This document shows positions 18,988 through 27,087 of a stretch of DNA of 64,000 nt, piece after piece. This stretch comes from Bacteroidia bacterium (lineage in GTDB: Bacteria > Bacteroidota > Bacteroidia > Chitinophagales > BACL12). The position numbers and the translations under genes were made by a program. Numbering within the stretch: position 1 is the stretch's first letter; every line of letters starts with the position of its first letter. The DNA is taken from NCBI GenBank assembly GCA_030432405.1, contig JAUIHG010000001.1:5908-69907 (forward strand), read 5' to 3'. The notes under the pieces are model-generated. The model was not told the DNA's origin. It did no database searches and was given only the letters and a program-made list of their open reading frames with translations.

Positions 18988-19851
18988 ATGACCCGTGCTG
19001 CATCCTCCCGAACCGACCGCCCCGTGCAGGCCTGGCTTGCCATTGTGGTGATCCCCGTGGCCCTGGTGGCCGCCTGGGCCATCTACCGCTTCATCCTCGG
19101 CAACCCCGCAAACTTTGTGGGTGGAGATCCGGCAGGCGAACCGCTGACGGGCAATTACCTGGGCGTCATCCACAAAGGCGGTCCGATCGTGATTCTTTTG
19201 ATCGCCTTCCAGGTCATTCTGCTCACCTACGTGGTGGAGCGATTTCTGACCATCCGACAGGCCTGGGGCGGCGGCTCGGTGACCGCCTTTTTGGCGCGCA
19301 TCAAACCGCTCATCGAACAGGGGCAACACGCCAAGGCCCTGGAAGCTTGCGACGCACACCGCGGCTCGGTGGCCAGCGTGGTCCGCAACGGCCTGGCCAC
19401 CTACGGGGAACTGGCCGCGGACCCCGGTAAAACGGAAGACGAAAAAGTGCTGCTGCTCCAACATGATTTGGAAGAGGCCACACAGCTCGAACTGCCGCCG
19501 CTGAACAACAACCTGCCGGTGATTGCGACCCTCGCGCAGATCGCCACGCTCATCGGTCTGCTGGGTACGGTCACCGGGATGATCAAGGCCTTTGCGGCCC
19601 TGGCGCGCGTGGGTTCGCCGGACGCCGTAGGCCTGGCCGGCGGCATCAGCCAGGCGCTGGTGACCACGGCGCTCGGCATCTCCACAGCTGCGGTGGCCAT
19701 TGTCTTCCACAACCTCTTTGCCGGGCGGATCGCCAAGATCACCCACGCCATCGACGAGGCCACTTACGCGGTGCTGCACGCCTTCCAGGTGCGCGATGCC
19801 CGCCAGCGCGCCAACACCAAGGCCGATACCAAAGCCCGACCCAACGCATAG
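18988..19851 (+). CDS. exbB: MotA/TolQ/ExbB proton-channel family protein
   Basis: TM helices plus the conserved IATLAQIATLIGLLGTVTGMIKAF and ISQALVTTALGISTAAVAIVFHN. The start is uncertain: ATG 18988 is preferred, with ATG 18967 and 18901 as alternatives. Confidence 0.85.
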   Translation: MTRAASSRTDRPVQAWLAIVVIPVALVAAWAIYRFILGNPANFVGGDPAGEPLTGNYLGVIHKGGPIVILLIAFQVILLTYVVERFLTIRQAWGGGSVTAFLARIKPLIEQGQHAKALEACDAHRGSVASVVRNGLATYGELAADPGKTEDEKVLLLQHDLEEATQLELPPLNNNLPVIATLAQIATLIGLLGTVTGMIKAFAALARVGSPDAVGLAGGISQALVTTALGISTAAVAIVFHNLFAGRIAKITHAIDEATYAVLHAFQVRDARQRANTKADTKARPNA

Positions 19852-19855
19852 CGCC

Positions 19856-20467
19856 ATGGCCCGCTCCGCACAACACGGCTCACCCGTCCTGGACATGAAC
19901 CCCATGGTGGACCTGGCTTTTCTGCTGGTCACCTTCTTCATGCTCACCACCACCTTCCGGATGCCGGAACCGGTGGCCGTGGCCTTGCCGGCCTCAACGG
20001 CCGAAACCAAGCTGCCGGAGCGGGACGTGATCCAGGTGACCGTGGCTCCCGACGGGCGTGTGTTTCTGGACCTGGACGGCAAGCACGTGCGCGAGCGCCT
20101 GTTGATGCGCGTGGGCCGGTCCACGGGGGTGGCCTTTTCGGCTGGGCAGGCCGAAGCCTTCGCCCTGGCCGGAGGCCATGGCATGCCGCTGGACCAACTG
20201 GGTGCCTGGCTGGCGCTGCCTCCTGCGGAGCGCAAGGAGGTGCCCGCCCCCGGCATTCCGGTGGACAGCCTGCGCAACGAACTGGGCACCTGGATCGTGC
20301 AGGCCCGCGCCGAACACCCCGCCTACCGCGTGGCCATCCGCGCCGACGCCGATGTGCCCTACGCGCGCATCAAGGCCGTGACCGGCACCCTGCTCGAGCG
20401 CGGGGTGACCCGCTTCATCCTCATCACCGAAACCGAGCCGGCACCGGCAACCGGTACCGCATCGTGA
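19856..20467 (+). CDS. exbD: Biopolymer transport protein ExbD/TolR
   Basis: I use the internal ATG at 19856. LDMNPMVDLAFLLVTFFMLTTTF is the ExbD TM signature. AIRADADVPYARIKAVTGTLLERGVTRFILITE is the typical C-terminal region. Confidence 0.85.
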   Translation: MARSAQHGSPVLDMNPMVDLAFLLVTFFMLTTTFRMPEPVAVALPASTAETKLPERDVIQVTVAPDGRVFLDLDGKHVRERLLMRVGRSTGVAFSAGQAEAFALAGGHGMPLDQLGAWLALPPAERKEVPAPGIPVDSLRNELGTWIVQARAEHPAYRVAIRADADVPYARIKAVTGTLLERGVTRFILITETEPAPATGTAS

Positions 20468-21036
20468 AACGCGCGGTGGATGGCAACCGTTTCGCCCGTC
20501 CCGGGCGAACACCCCGGGAGGCCCGCGGGGAACAGCTTCCCGTGTCCATCGACATGAACCCGATGGTGGACCTGGCCTTTCTGCTGCTGACCTTTTTCAT
20601 GCTGGCCTCGTCGTTCAACCAGCCCCAGGCCATGGAGCTGGTCCTGCCGCCGCCGCCCGAACCAGACGAAGCCGTTATGGAACAACCGGTCAAGGAATCC
20701 AAAGCGCTGACCCTGGTGTTGGGTGAGGCCGACCGGCTGTATTGGTACCGCGGCATCACCGAACCCGAGGTGCAGGAAAGCACCTACGGTCCCGCAGGAC
20801 TTGAGCGCCTGCTGCGCGAACAACTGGCGGCCACTCCGGATCTGGTGGTGCTGGTCAAGCCACTCGATGCCTCGCGCTACGCCAACCTGGTGGATGTCCT
20901 GGACGACCTTGGGCGTGCCGCGGCACCCCGTTATGCGCTGACGGAAGCTGGGCCGGAGGATCGGCGCCTGATTGAAGCGCTCGCCCGTTCGGGCGAAAAC
21001 AAAAACGGAGAAATCAACAATCAAGCCGCGCCATGA
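20464..21036 (+). CDS. exbD: Biopolymer transport protein ExbD/TolR (second copy)
   Basis: IDMNPMVDLAFLLLTFFMLASSF, then LVVLVKPLDASRYANLVDVLDDL. The GTG start at 20464 overlaps the previous stop codon, and the start is tentative. Confidence 0.8.
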   Translation: MKRAVDGNRFARPGRTPREARGEQLPVSIDMNPMVDLAFLLLTFFMLASSFNQPQAMELVLPPPPEPDEAVMEQPVKESKALTLVLGEADRLYWYRGITEPEVQESTYGPAGLERLLREQLAATPDLVVLVKPLDASRYANLVDVLDDLGRAAAPRYALTEAGPEDRRLIEALARSGENKNGEINNQAAP

Positions 21037-21857
21037 ACCGCCCCGACACCACAACGGGCTGGCTGGCCACCGTTTATTCGGGGAGAAACCGCGCCTATGG
21101 CGGGTACGCGCTACGGCGCGCTGAGACCCGGTATACGCTGCGGGGGTTGGTGGCTGGTTTGGTGCTGGTGGGCCTGATCTTCGGTGTGCCTTTGGGCCTT
21201 TACCACTGGCAGCAGCGCATGGCCGCCCGCGTACCCGCGGAGCAGGTCCGCGTGGTGACCTACCACCAATTGGCCCCACCGCCGCCCATCGAACGGCGCG
21301 AACCTCCTCCCCCGCCACCGGAGAAGCCGGTACCCAAGGCCAAACTGCGCTATGCGCCACCGGTGGTCAAACCCGACGAGGAGGTGCCCGATGATGAATT
21401 GCCGCCCACGGTCGAAGAATTGGCCCTGCTGGATCCCGGTCCACAGGCCGAACCGGGCGACTCCGTAGTATGGATCGAGGAACCCGTTGCCGTTGTGGAA
21501 CCGGAACCTGCACCTAAACCGGAACCAGACGCACCGATGAAGCCCTTTGTGATTGCCGAGGTCATGCCCGAATTTCCGGGAGGCATCGACGGGCTCTATG
21601 CACACCTGGCCCGCGAAATCCGCTATCCGGTCGTAGCCATGGAAAACGGCATCCAGGGCAAGGTCTTTGTGCGCTTTGTGGTTCAGGTGGATGGGCGCGT
21701 AACGGACGCGGCCGTCCTGCGCGGCATTGGCGGAGGTTGCGATGAAGAAGCCTTGCGCGTCATCCGCGCCCTGCCACGCTGGACGCCCGGGCGTCAGAAC
21801 GACCGTCCGGTACCAGTGGAGTACACGCTGCCGGTGCGGTTTGTGCTCAAGAAATAA
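21033..21857 (+). CDS. tonB: Energy transducer TonB
   Basis: The start overlaps the exbD stop (ATGA). It has an N-terminal TM helix and a Pro-rich spacer (PPPPIERREPPPPPPEKPVPK). The TonB C-terminal domain reads FPGGIDGLYAHLAREIRYPVVAMENGIQGKVFVRFVV...PVEYTLPVRFVLKK. Confidence 0.85.
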   Translation: MNRPDTTTGWLATVYSGRNRAYGGYALRRAETRYTLRGLVAGLVLVGLIFGVPLGLYHWQQRMAARVPAEQVRVVTYHQLAPPPPIERREPPPPPPEKPVPKAKLRYAPPVVKPDEEVPDDELPPTVEELALLDPGPQAEPGDSVVWIEEPVAVVEPEPAPKPEPDAPMKPFVIAEVMPEFPGGIDGLYAHLAREIRYPVVAMENGIQGKVFVRFVVQVDGRVTDAAVLRGIGGGCDEEALRVIRALPRWTPGRQNDRPVPVEYTLPVRFVLKK

Positions 21858-21917
21858 TGCCGGTGCGCTGCAGCGACGAGACGGTCTCTTCGGTGGTGGT
21901 AAAGGACTTCAATTGCT

Positions 21918-22322
21918 TTACCCATTGTTTCCACCGTTCCTAAACGCCTTTCTGGTCATGACCAACGGGATACCGATCAAGACCAAAGCCACCAAGTTGA
22001 TCATGACGACATTGTGCAGGGCATTGTAGTAGATCGAAATGCCGCTATCTATGGCAAACCACGACAGCAGTCCCAACCACATGGCCCGGTATGCCCAGAA
22101 CTCCTTTTTCTCAAAGGCATGCTCGGAGAGCATAACCATAAGCGCATGAAACCCCACGATGGTGCCACCAATCACCCCGAAAAACCAATTCTTGAGTTCC
22201 AACAGCTTGCCTTCAAACTCCTCCCCGTTCAGAAATACCTCCCTGGTATAGCCATTGTGCACTTCAAAGAAGAATGAGTTACCGGCGAACACCCCAACAG
22301 TCCTACGCCGATGGTAAACCAT
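21918..22322 (-). CDS. Hypothetical small membrane protein
   Basis: The track start at 22334 is TTG, so I use ATG 22322. About 3 TM helices (FFGVIGGTIVGFHALMVML, AMWLGLLSWFAIDSGISIYY, VVMINLVALVLIGIPLVM). No family recognised. Confidence 0.45.
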   Translation of the reverse strand: MVYHRRRTVGVFAGNSFFFEVHNGYTREVFLNGEEFEGKLLELKNWFFGVIGGTIVGFHALMVMLSEHAFEKKEFWAYRAMWLGLLSWFAIDSGISIYYNALHNVVMINLVALVLIGIPLVMTRKAFRNGGNNG

Positions 22323-22438
22323 TGGCCCAGTCAATCATCGTTGCCAGAAGTAGAAGTGTTTATCGCCTTCATTCATAACGCTTGGGCTAACCCTTGCTAT
22401 TAACAAGTCTAGGTATTGTTAGCAATCTATCATTCTTC

Positions 22439-22864
22439 TTATTGGATTAATCGCTGTAAATTGATATTCGTTTTTACAGCATTATCAAAGCATGCAGCTT
22501 CATAAAAACGATCATACTTTGGCGTAAACCTCATGAATACCGCCACCATTTTATCCGCCTCATAATTTTCTTTACTGATTAAATAGTTGAAAATATCATC
22601 TCCTATAGTTTCAGTAATCAAATAATACCTAGACACAGATGCTTTTTGAGTCTTTTTATTGAAATGCAGAAGCACCAATTCTTTGCCTATGAGTTCTTCG
22701 GCCTTTTTCGAGACTTTTAATTCATCTCGTTTCTTATATGTCAGCGGGATGTCATGAAAACAGTCGGATAAACTAGCTTCTCCTTGGAATAACTCTTCTT
22801 CAGATTGGGCGTGTGTAGTGCCTGCCAAGAGGGCAATGGCCAAAAGCAATAAAACATTCGTCAT
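22439..22864 (-). CDS. Hypothetical small secreted protein
   Basis: AT-rich ORF. The ATG at 22864 gives signal peptide MTNVLLLLAIALLAGTTHAQ. An alternative ATG lies at 22900. No family recognised. Confidence 0.5.
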   Translation of the reverse strand: MTNVLLLLAIALLAGTTHAQSEEELFQGEASLSDCFHDIPLTYKKRDELKVSKKAEELIGKELVLLHFNKKTQKASVSRYYLITETIGDDIFNYLISKENYEADKMVAVFMRFTPKYDRFYEAACFDNAVKTNINLQRLIQ

Positions 22865-23008
22865 CTCATCAAAGATGCAGTTTATGAGCGTATGGTTCAT
22901 TATGGTTCTTGTATCACTTTCCTGTCCGTCTGAAACGAACGTTGTACAAGACTGTACACTTGGAGACTAGCACTTTACTCCCATAAACTAGATGCATTGC
23001 TAGCCCAA

Positions 23009-23926
23009 TTATTTTTTGTTCTTTTTCATTGATTGTTTTATCAGGCTCAAAATATATTCCATTTCTTCGTCAGTCCGCACTACAATTTCATAGTCCCCAT
23101 TTCCCCAATGTCCCACAGATGAAACATCTCTCGCTAACTCTTTAGGGTCATCAAGGTCACCCTGGTGTAAATTTAGCCACATTTTCAGAGCGTTCTTTTG
23201 AATGTGAATATCAACTACGTTCGATCCTGATACAAAAGCAATGTACTTTTTCTTGGGTTTTATTTCTAAATCGTCAAAGTTCAGTATAGCATTTTTATAA
23301 GTCTCATAAAGCTCTTTTATGCCTTCAGTTCCTTTTTCAAGATGTTCGTCCTCTGTGTAAACTTTAATTTCTTTAGTCACTTTTTCAATCGCTTCATCTT
23401 GTCGGCTGATTGTTTTTACACTTTCCTGAGCTCCTGAGGTCTTTATATGATTATAATTAATTGTCTGATTGTCGTATTTCCTTATTTCCCAAAGTTCAAT
23501 CGGCAGGTCTTTGAAATTGATTGCTTCTTTTTGATAAGTCGTGAATGAAGGCGAAATAAAAATCACTCTAGATTGCGACCAATCTACGTCATTTCTTTTT
23601 AATGTTTCTTTTGAGTTTTCGTTAAACTCAAGTATGAAGTCCGCTTTGTTATTGAGCATCAAGGAAAGGTAAGCGTATCCTTGGTCGATTACGCTAAAGT
23701 TTTTGTCTCGTTTGTATTCGATAATTACAAAAGTCCCTGCGTCTTTGTCGAACGCTAAAGTGTCGATACGAAATGTTTTCAGACTGAATTCCGACTTCAC
23801 TAAGTCAAGTCCGAAAATGGAATTCAGATTTTTCTCTGTCAGAGATTGAATGTCTTTTTCGAGCTTGAAAGGTTGTTCCTTAATGTTCTCAAGTCGCTCG
23901 TTATGTTCTATTTTAAAAAGAGCCAT
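23009..23926 (-). CDS. PD-(D/E)XK nuclease-like protein (NucS/DUF91-type N-terminal core plus a DUF5655/DUF4268-like C-terminal domain)
   Basis: 305-aa AT-rich ORF with an ATG start. The candidate core is FRIDTLAFDKDAGTFVIIEYKRDKN (D55, E70, K72; nt 23711..23764). It is preceded by EKDIQSLTEKNLNSIFG and followed by IDQGYAYLS. The C-terminal KKYIAFVSGSNVVDIHIQKNALKMWLNL...GDYEIVVRTDEEMEYILSLIKQS resembles DUF5655-type domains. All assignments are by motif memory. Confidence 0.65.
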   Translation of the reverse strand: MALFKIEHNERLENIKEQPFKLEKDIQSLTEKNLNSIFGLDLVKSEFSLKTFRIDTLAFDKDAGTFVIIEYKRDKNFSVIDQGYAYLSLMLNNKADFILEFNENSKETLKRNDVDWSQSRVIFISPSFTTYQKEAINFKDLPIELWEIRKYDNQTINYNHIKTSGAQESVKTISRQDEAIEKVTKEIKVYTEDEHLEKGTEGIKELYETYKNAILNFDDLEIKPKKKYIAFVSGSNVVDIHIQKNALKMWLNLHQGDLDDPKELARDVSSVGHWGNGDYEIVVRTDEEMEYILSLIKQSMKKNKK

Positions 23927-24436
23927 TTAATTACTTCGTGTTGTTTTTCTAATGTGGTCCAACCTGTTGGCTAATTGCACCCAGTGGTGTTTAGTCAACT
24001 TGGGTTTGCAGTGGATTGTTTCGCTTTTTCAACCGGCGTCCTACGGATAGCACTCCTATCAGAATGGTCATAAAGTGGCGGTTCTTCGCATCGGACACTT
24101 AAAAATAGGCCCGCAATCGTGCAATGCATAAGGGGCCACTAGCGGTACTATGGCACAAGGCTTGCAGCTGGACGCCGTGCGCGTACGGCATGCCTTTTGC
24201 CGTGAAAAGCAGGTGCTGCTTGTGAAAAATGGGCGCAAACAGCTCGTGGGCACTAAATGCGGGCGCGCAAAGCCCTCTACACACCACACTATAAGGGCTT
24301 TCCGCGTTCGCCGGGTAGGCGCATGTATGAGAAGGACGGGGAGGCGTACTGTAGTACGTGACCGGTTTGATGAGGAGCCGCGAATTCATTGGCCGCTTTC
24401 GCGGAGCGCCAGCGGGCGCGCTAAGTCCTCCACCTG

Positions 24437-26776
24437 CTACTCGCCCAGCGTATACGTCACACGCAGGGTATAACTCCGCGGCGGATCAATGCGGGCGGGG
24501 CGGATGGCGTATTCGCGGTTCATCACGTTTTTGACGATGCCGGCCACGGTCCAGTGGTCGCCGATGTCCACGCCGGCGCGGAGGTCCCAGATCCAGTCGC
24601 CGCCTTCGCTGCGGGCAGCGCGCCATTCGGCTACGCCGGGCAGGAGCACCTCGAAAATCTGGTCGATGGACTCCATATAGGAGTAGTACTGCACGTTGGT
24701 GCCGAGCAGCAGGATGCCGAACTGGATGTCGCCTTCCGCCTTGAAGGTGTGGCGGTTGCGGTAGGTGAGCACGTTCTCGTCGCTGGAGGTCAGCTCGTTG
24801 ATGTCCTCCGTGAAATCCTGGTACTCGGGGTTAGCCCAGGTATAGCCGCCGCTCAGGTTGATCGGGTTGTCCCCGATGCTTCCCCGACCGGCCAGGCCAA
24901 GTTCCAGGCCGTAGATGCGGGTGTCGCCCACGTTGCGGCTTTGGAAGCCCGTGGACGCAACGGTGGGTTGGAAGAACACAAATTCCATCATGTCCTGGTA
25001 TTGCTGGTAGAAGCCCGCCACGTCCAGGAAGGCATCAAAGCTGCCGATCCGCAGGCCCTGCTTGATGCCGATTTCGGCGTTCCAGCCGGTTTCCGAAACC
25101 AGTCCCGGGTTGGGCAGAATGGCCGGATTCAACAAGCCAGGTTCGCCGCCGCCCAGCGCGGTTTGGATGAACTTCTCGGCGATGGTCGGAAAGCGGTAGC
25201 CTTCGCCCCAGGAGGCCCGGATGTAGGTAAACTCGGCCGCCTGATAGTTCGCGCCCGCGCGAAACACCACCTTCTGCTCCGGCTCGGTAAAGGAGATTTT
25301 GTTGGCTTCCAGCCGGGCGCCAAAAGACAGGTTGAGCTTGTCAAAAAAGCGCTTGTCCAGCTGCACGTAGCCCGCAAAGTTGGAGCCATCCAGCGGGTCG
25401 CCCACCTGCTCAAAACGGCCGTCCACACGCACCGAATCCGCGTACAGGTCCGCTTCCACAGTCACGTAACTGGCCACACCGCCGGTGGTAATGCTGAAAT
25501 CCAGGTCCTCCCAGCGGCGCTGGAACTGGTATTCCCCGTAGTAGAATTTGGAGAAGTTGCCCTGCTGATTGGTGTTGTCGTTGTCCACCTGGTTGTAGCG
25601 CACCTGCACCCGGTGCCGGTTGCCGGCCGGGTCAAAATAGGTCACGAAGGGGTCTATGGTCAGACGGAAGCCCTTGGTGACGGTAGGGCGACCGATGGTC
25701 TCCCAAAAGCGGTAAGAATCTGCGCCCAAGCCGTTCCAAAGGAAGAAGTTGCCGCTTTCGCCCACCTGGGTGTTGATGTTCACGCCCAGCGAAAGCCCGT
25801 CCACGCCCGGTACGCGGTAGCGCGTCAACAGGCTGATGCGGCCGCGGTTGTCAAACTCCCCTTCGCGGAAGCTGTTCTGCTTGAAGTAGTAACCGCCCGC
25901 CGTCAGGTCCAGGTTGCCGAACTTCTTGCGGTAGGCCAGGCTAAGGCCGGTTTCGTAGGGCGGCGCGACGGCGCTGTCGGCCCACCAGGCCTTGTTGCGG
26001 CCCAGGCTGTCCACCCCACCGGCCGGGTTGTTGAATACCGTGCCGAAGGTGCTGGCGCTGAAATAGCCCTTGGTCTTCGGCTCCGCCGAACGCAGGTTGA
26101 TGATGCCGTTGATGGCGCTGGAACCGTAGAGCGCCGACGCCGCGCCCTTGATGATTTCCACCTGGCCGATGTTCTCGATCGGCACGGCGCTCCAGTTGGG
26201 AAAGCCCGCGTCGGCCTGAAGGATGGGCATGTCGTTATAGAGCAGCAGCACCCGCGTGCCGGCCCCATAGCTGTAGCCCGCGCCAGCACGGATGTTGACC
26301 TGCCCGTCGATCACGTTCACGCCAGGCACCCGCTCGATGGCGTCGTCGATCTGCACGGCGTTGATCTGTTCGAGTTGCCGCGGCTGGATGACCTCCATGG
26401 AAACGGTTTCCTCCCCCAGCTTCTTTTCAAAGCGCGAGCCCGTCACCACCACCTGGTTCATCAGGCGCGATTCCTCGCGAATGCTGAAGTTGAGGATGCG
26501 CACTTCGCCGGCCTTGAGCTCCAGCACCTCTTCCACCTTTTCATAGCCCACGTAGGTCACACGGACGCTGGCCGTGCCCGGCTCCAGCTCCAGGCGGTAT
26601 TTGCCGTTCAGGTCCGTGGCTGCGCCCGTGCCCGAGTTGCTTTCCAGGATGTTGACGCCGATCAGCGTTTCGCCGGAGGCGGCATCCGTCACCGTACCGC
26701 TGATCACAGCGTTCTGGGCGTAAAGCGCATGCACGCTCATCGCCACGACAAAGAGGGTCGTGCGGAAAAAATTCAT
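24437..26776 (-). CDS. TonB-dependent receptor with an N-terminal carboxypeptidase-regulatory-like domain
   Basis: I use the internal ATG at 26776 (MNFFRTTLFVVAMSVHALYAQ). The CarboxypepD_reg-like segment is ISGTVTDAASGETLIGVNILESNSGTGAATDLNGKYRLEL. The plug reads VVVTGSR...IDDAIERVPGVNV and IIKGAASALYGSSAINGIINL. The beta-barrel ends ...SYTLRVTYTLGE. Confidence 0.9.
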   Translation of the reverse strand: MNFFRTTLFVVAMSVHALYAQNAVISGTVTDAASGETLIGVNILESNSGTGAATDLNGKYRLELEPGTASVRVTYVGYEKVEEVLELKAGEVRILNFSIREESRLMNQVVVTGSRFEKKLGEETVSMEVIQPRQLEQINAVQIDDAIERVPGVNVIDGQVNIRAGAGYSYGAGTRVLLLYNDMPILQADAGFPNWSAVPIENIGQVEIIKGAASALYGSSAINGIINLRSAEPKTKGYFSASTFGTVFNNPAGGVDSLGRNKAWWADSAVAPPYETGLSLAYRKKFGNLDLTAGGYYFKQNSFREGEFDNRGRISLLTRYRVPGVDGLSLGVNINTQVGESGNFFLWNGLGADSYRFWETIGRPTVTKGFRLTIDPFVTYFDPAGNRHRVQVRYNQVDNDNTNQQGNFSKFYYGEYQFQRRWEDLDFSITTGGVASYVTVEADLYADSVRVDGRFEQVGDPLDGSNFAGYVQLDKRFFDKLNLSFGARLEANKISFTEPEQKVVFRAGANYQAAEFTYIRASWGEGYRFPTIAEKFIQTALGGGEPGLLNPAILPNPGLVSETGWNAEIGIKQGLRIGSFDAFLDVAGFYQQYQDMMEFVFFQPTVASTGFQSRNVGDTRIYGLELGLAGRGSIGDNPINLSGGYTWANPEYQDFTEDINELTSSDENVLTYRNRHTFKAEGDIQFGILLLGTNVQYYSYMESIDQIFEVLLPGVAEWRAARSEGGDWIWDLRAGVDIGDHWTVAGIVKNVMNREYAIRPARIDPPRSYTLRVTYTLGE

Positions 26777-27087
26777 GGATGGCGGTTGAAAACCGGATGC
26801 CTCCGGTAGGGACTCGGGCCGCGGCGGTCCCGGTGTTTCCAAGTGGGCCGGGAGCCGCAGCGCTTGCGGGCGTGTGTTGGTGCGCTCCGCGCGAAGGCTC
26901 CACGGATGGAGATGGGGGTGAGAACAGGGGTGGCCGCCTATCTGCGGCCTGTAGTGCGTGTGGGCTAAGATCGGGCAAGCCGGACCGTTGCTCCAAGTCG
27001 GCTTGTCCCCCTTCCACAGGCTGTGCACAGCCGCTTGTGCATCAAGCGCTTAGACCCGCCTGGACGGGGGCCATTATCTTGCTGGTC

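Larger units (their letters stand above)
21900..24067. other. Low-GC islet (compositionally foreign segment) with three minus-strand ORFs
   Basis: Hand counts give 37-40% GC for 23041-23100 and 23461-23520, against about 60% for 24481-24540. The segment 21918-22322 is roughly 50% by eye. No integrase, transposase, tRNA or clear flanking repeats were found. Confidence 0.5.

Noticed and set aside
19856-21036. Duplicated exbD genes as something unusual
   Set aside because: ExbB-ExbD-ExbD-TonB is the standard Bacteroidota arrangement. The shared 5-prime sequence (ATGAACCCxATGGTGGACCTGGCxTTTCTGCTG) simply reflects paralogy.
23927-24436. tRNA, tmRNA, RNase P RNA or SRP RNA as an integration target at the islet border
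   Set aside because: I found no T-loop (GGTTCGAATCC-like), no GGAAAGTCCGGGC (RNase P) and no GTCCGGAAGG (SRP). The TCCTCCACC at 24427..24435 superficially resembles a tmRNA 3-prime end, but it has no T-arm and no tag-like reading frame.
24554-26809. 751-aa plus-strand ORF antisense to the first TonB-dependent receptor. Similar antisense ORFs occur at 33004..34935, 38567..40801, 56266..58173, 51314..53044, 58240..60876, 9930..11648 and 5348..6511.
   Set aside because: All are low-complexity, Arg/Gly/Ala/Val-rich translations opposite genes with clear family signatures. I treat them as GC-driven artefacts.
26779-27087. N-terminal extensions of track ORFs. Examples are 26779 for the first kinase, 28931 for the second, 27028 for the TBDR, 6815, 11641, 15318, 17661, 49839, 51275, 62814 and 63923.
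   Set aside because: The extended parts are Arg/Pro/Gly-rich, often overlap the neighbouring gene, and lie upstream of an internal ATG that is followed by a plausible signal peptide or a conserved N-terminus. I used the trimmed starts.
26777-27087. Possible riboswitch (cobalamin or TPP) in the 311-bp divergent region upstream of the first TonB-dependent receptor
   Set aside because: I read the minus-strand leader and could not find a B12 box (GCCACTG context) or the TPP CUGAGA / ACCUGAUCUGGAUAAUGCCAGCG elements. There is no support without an Infernal scan.
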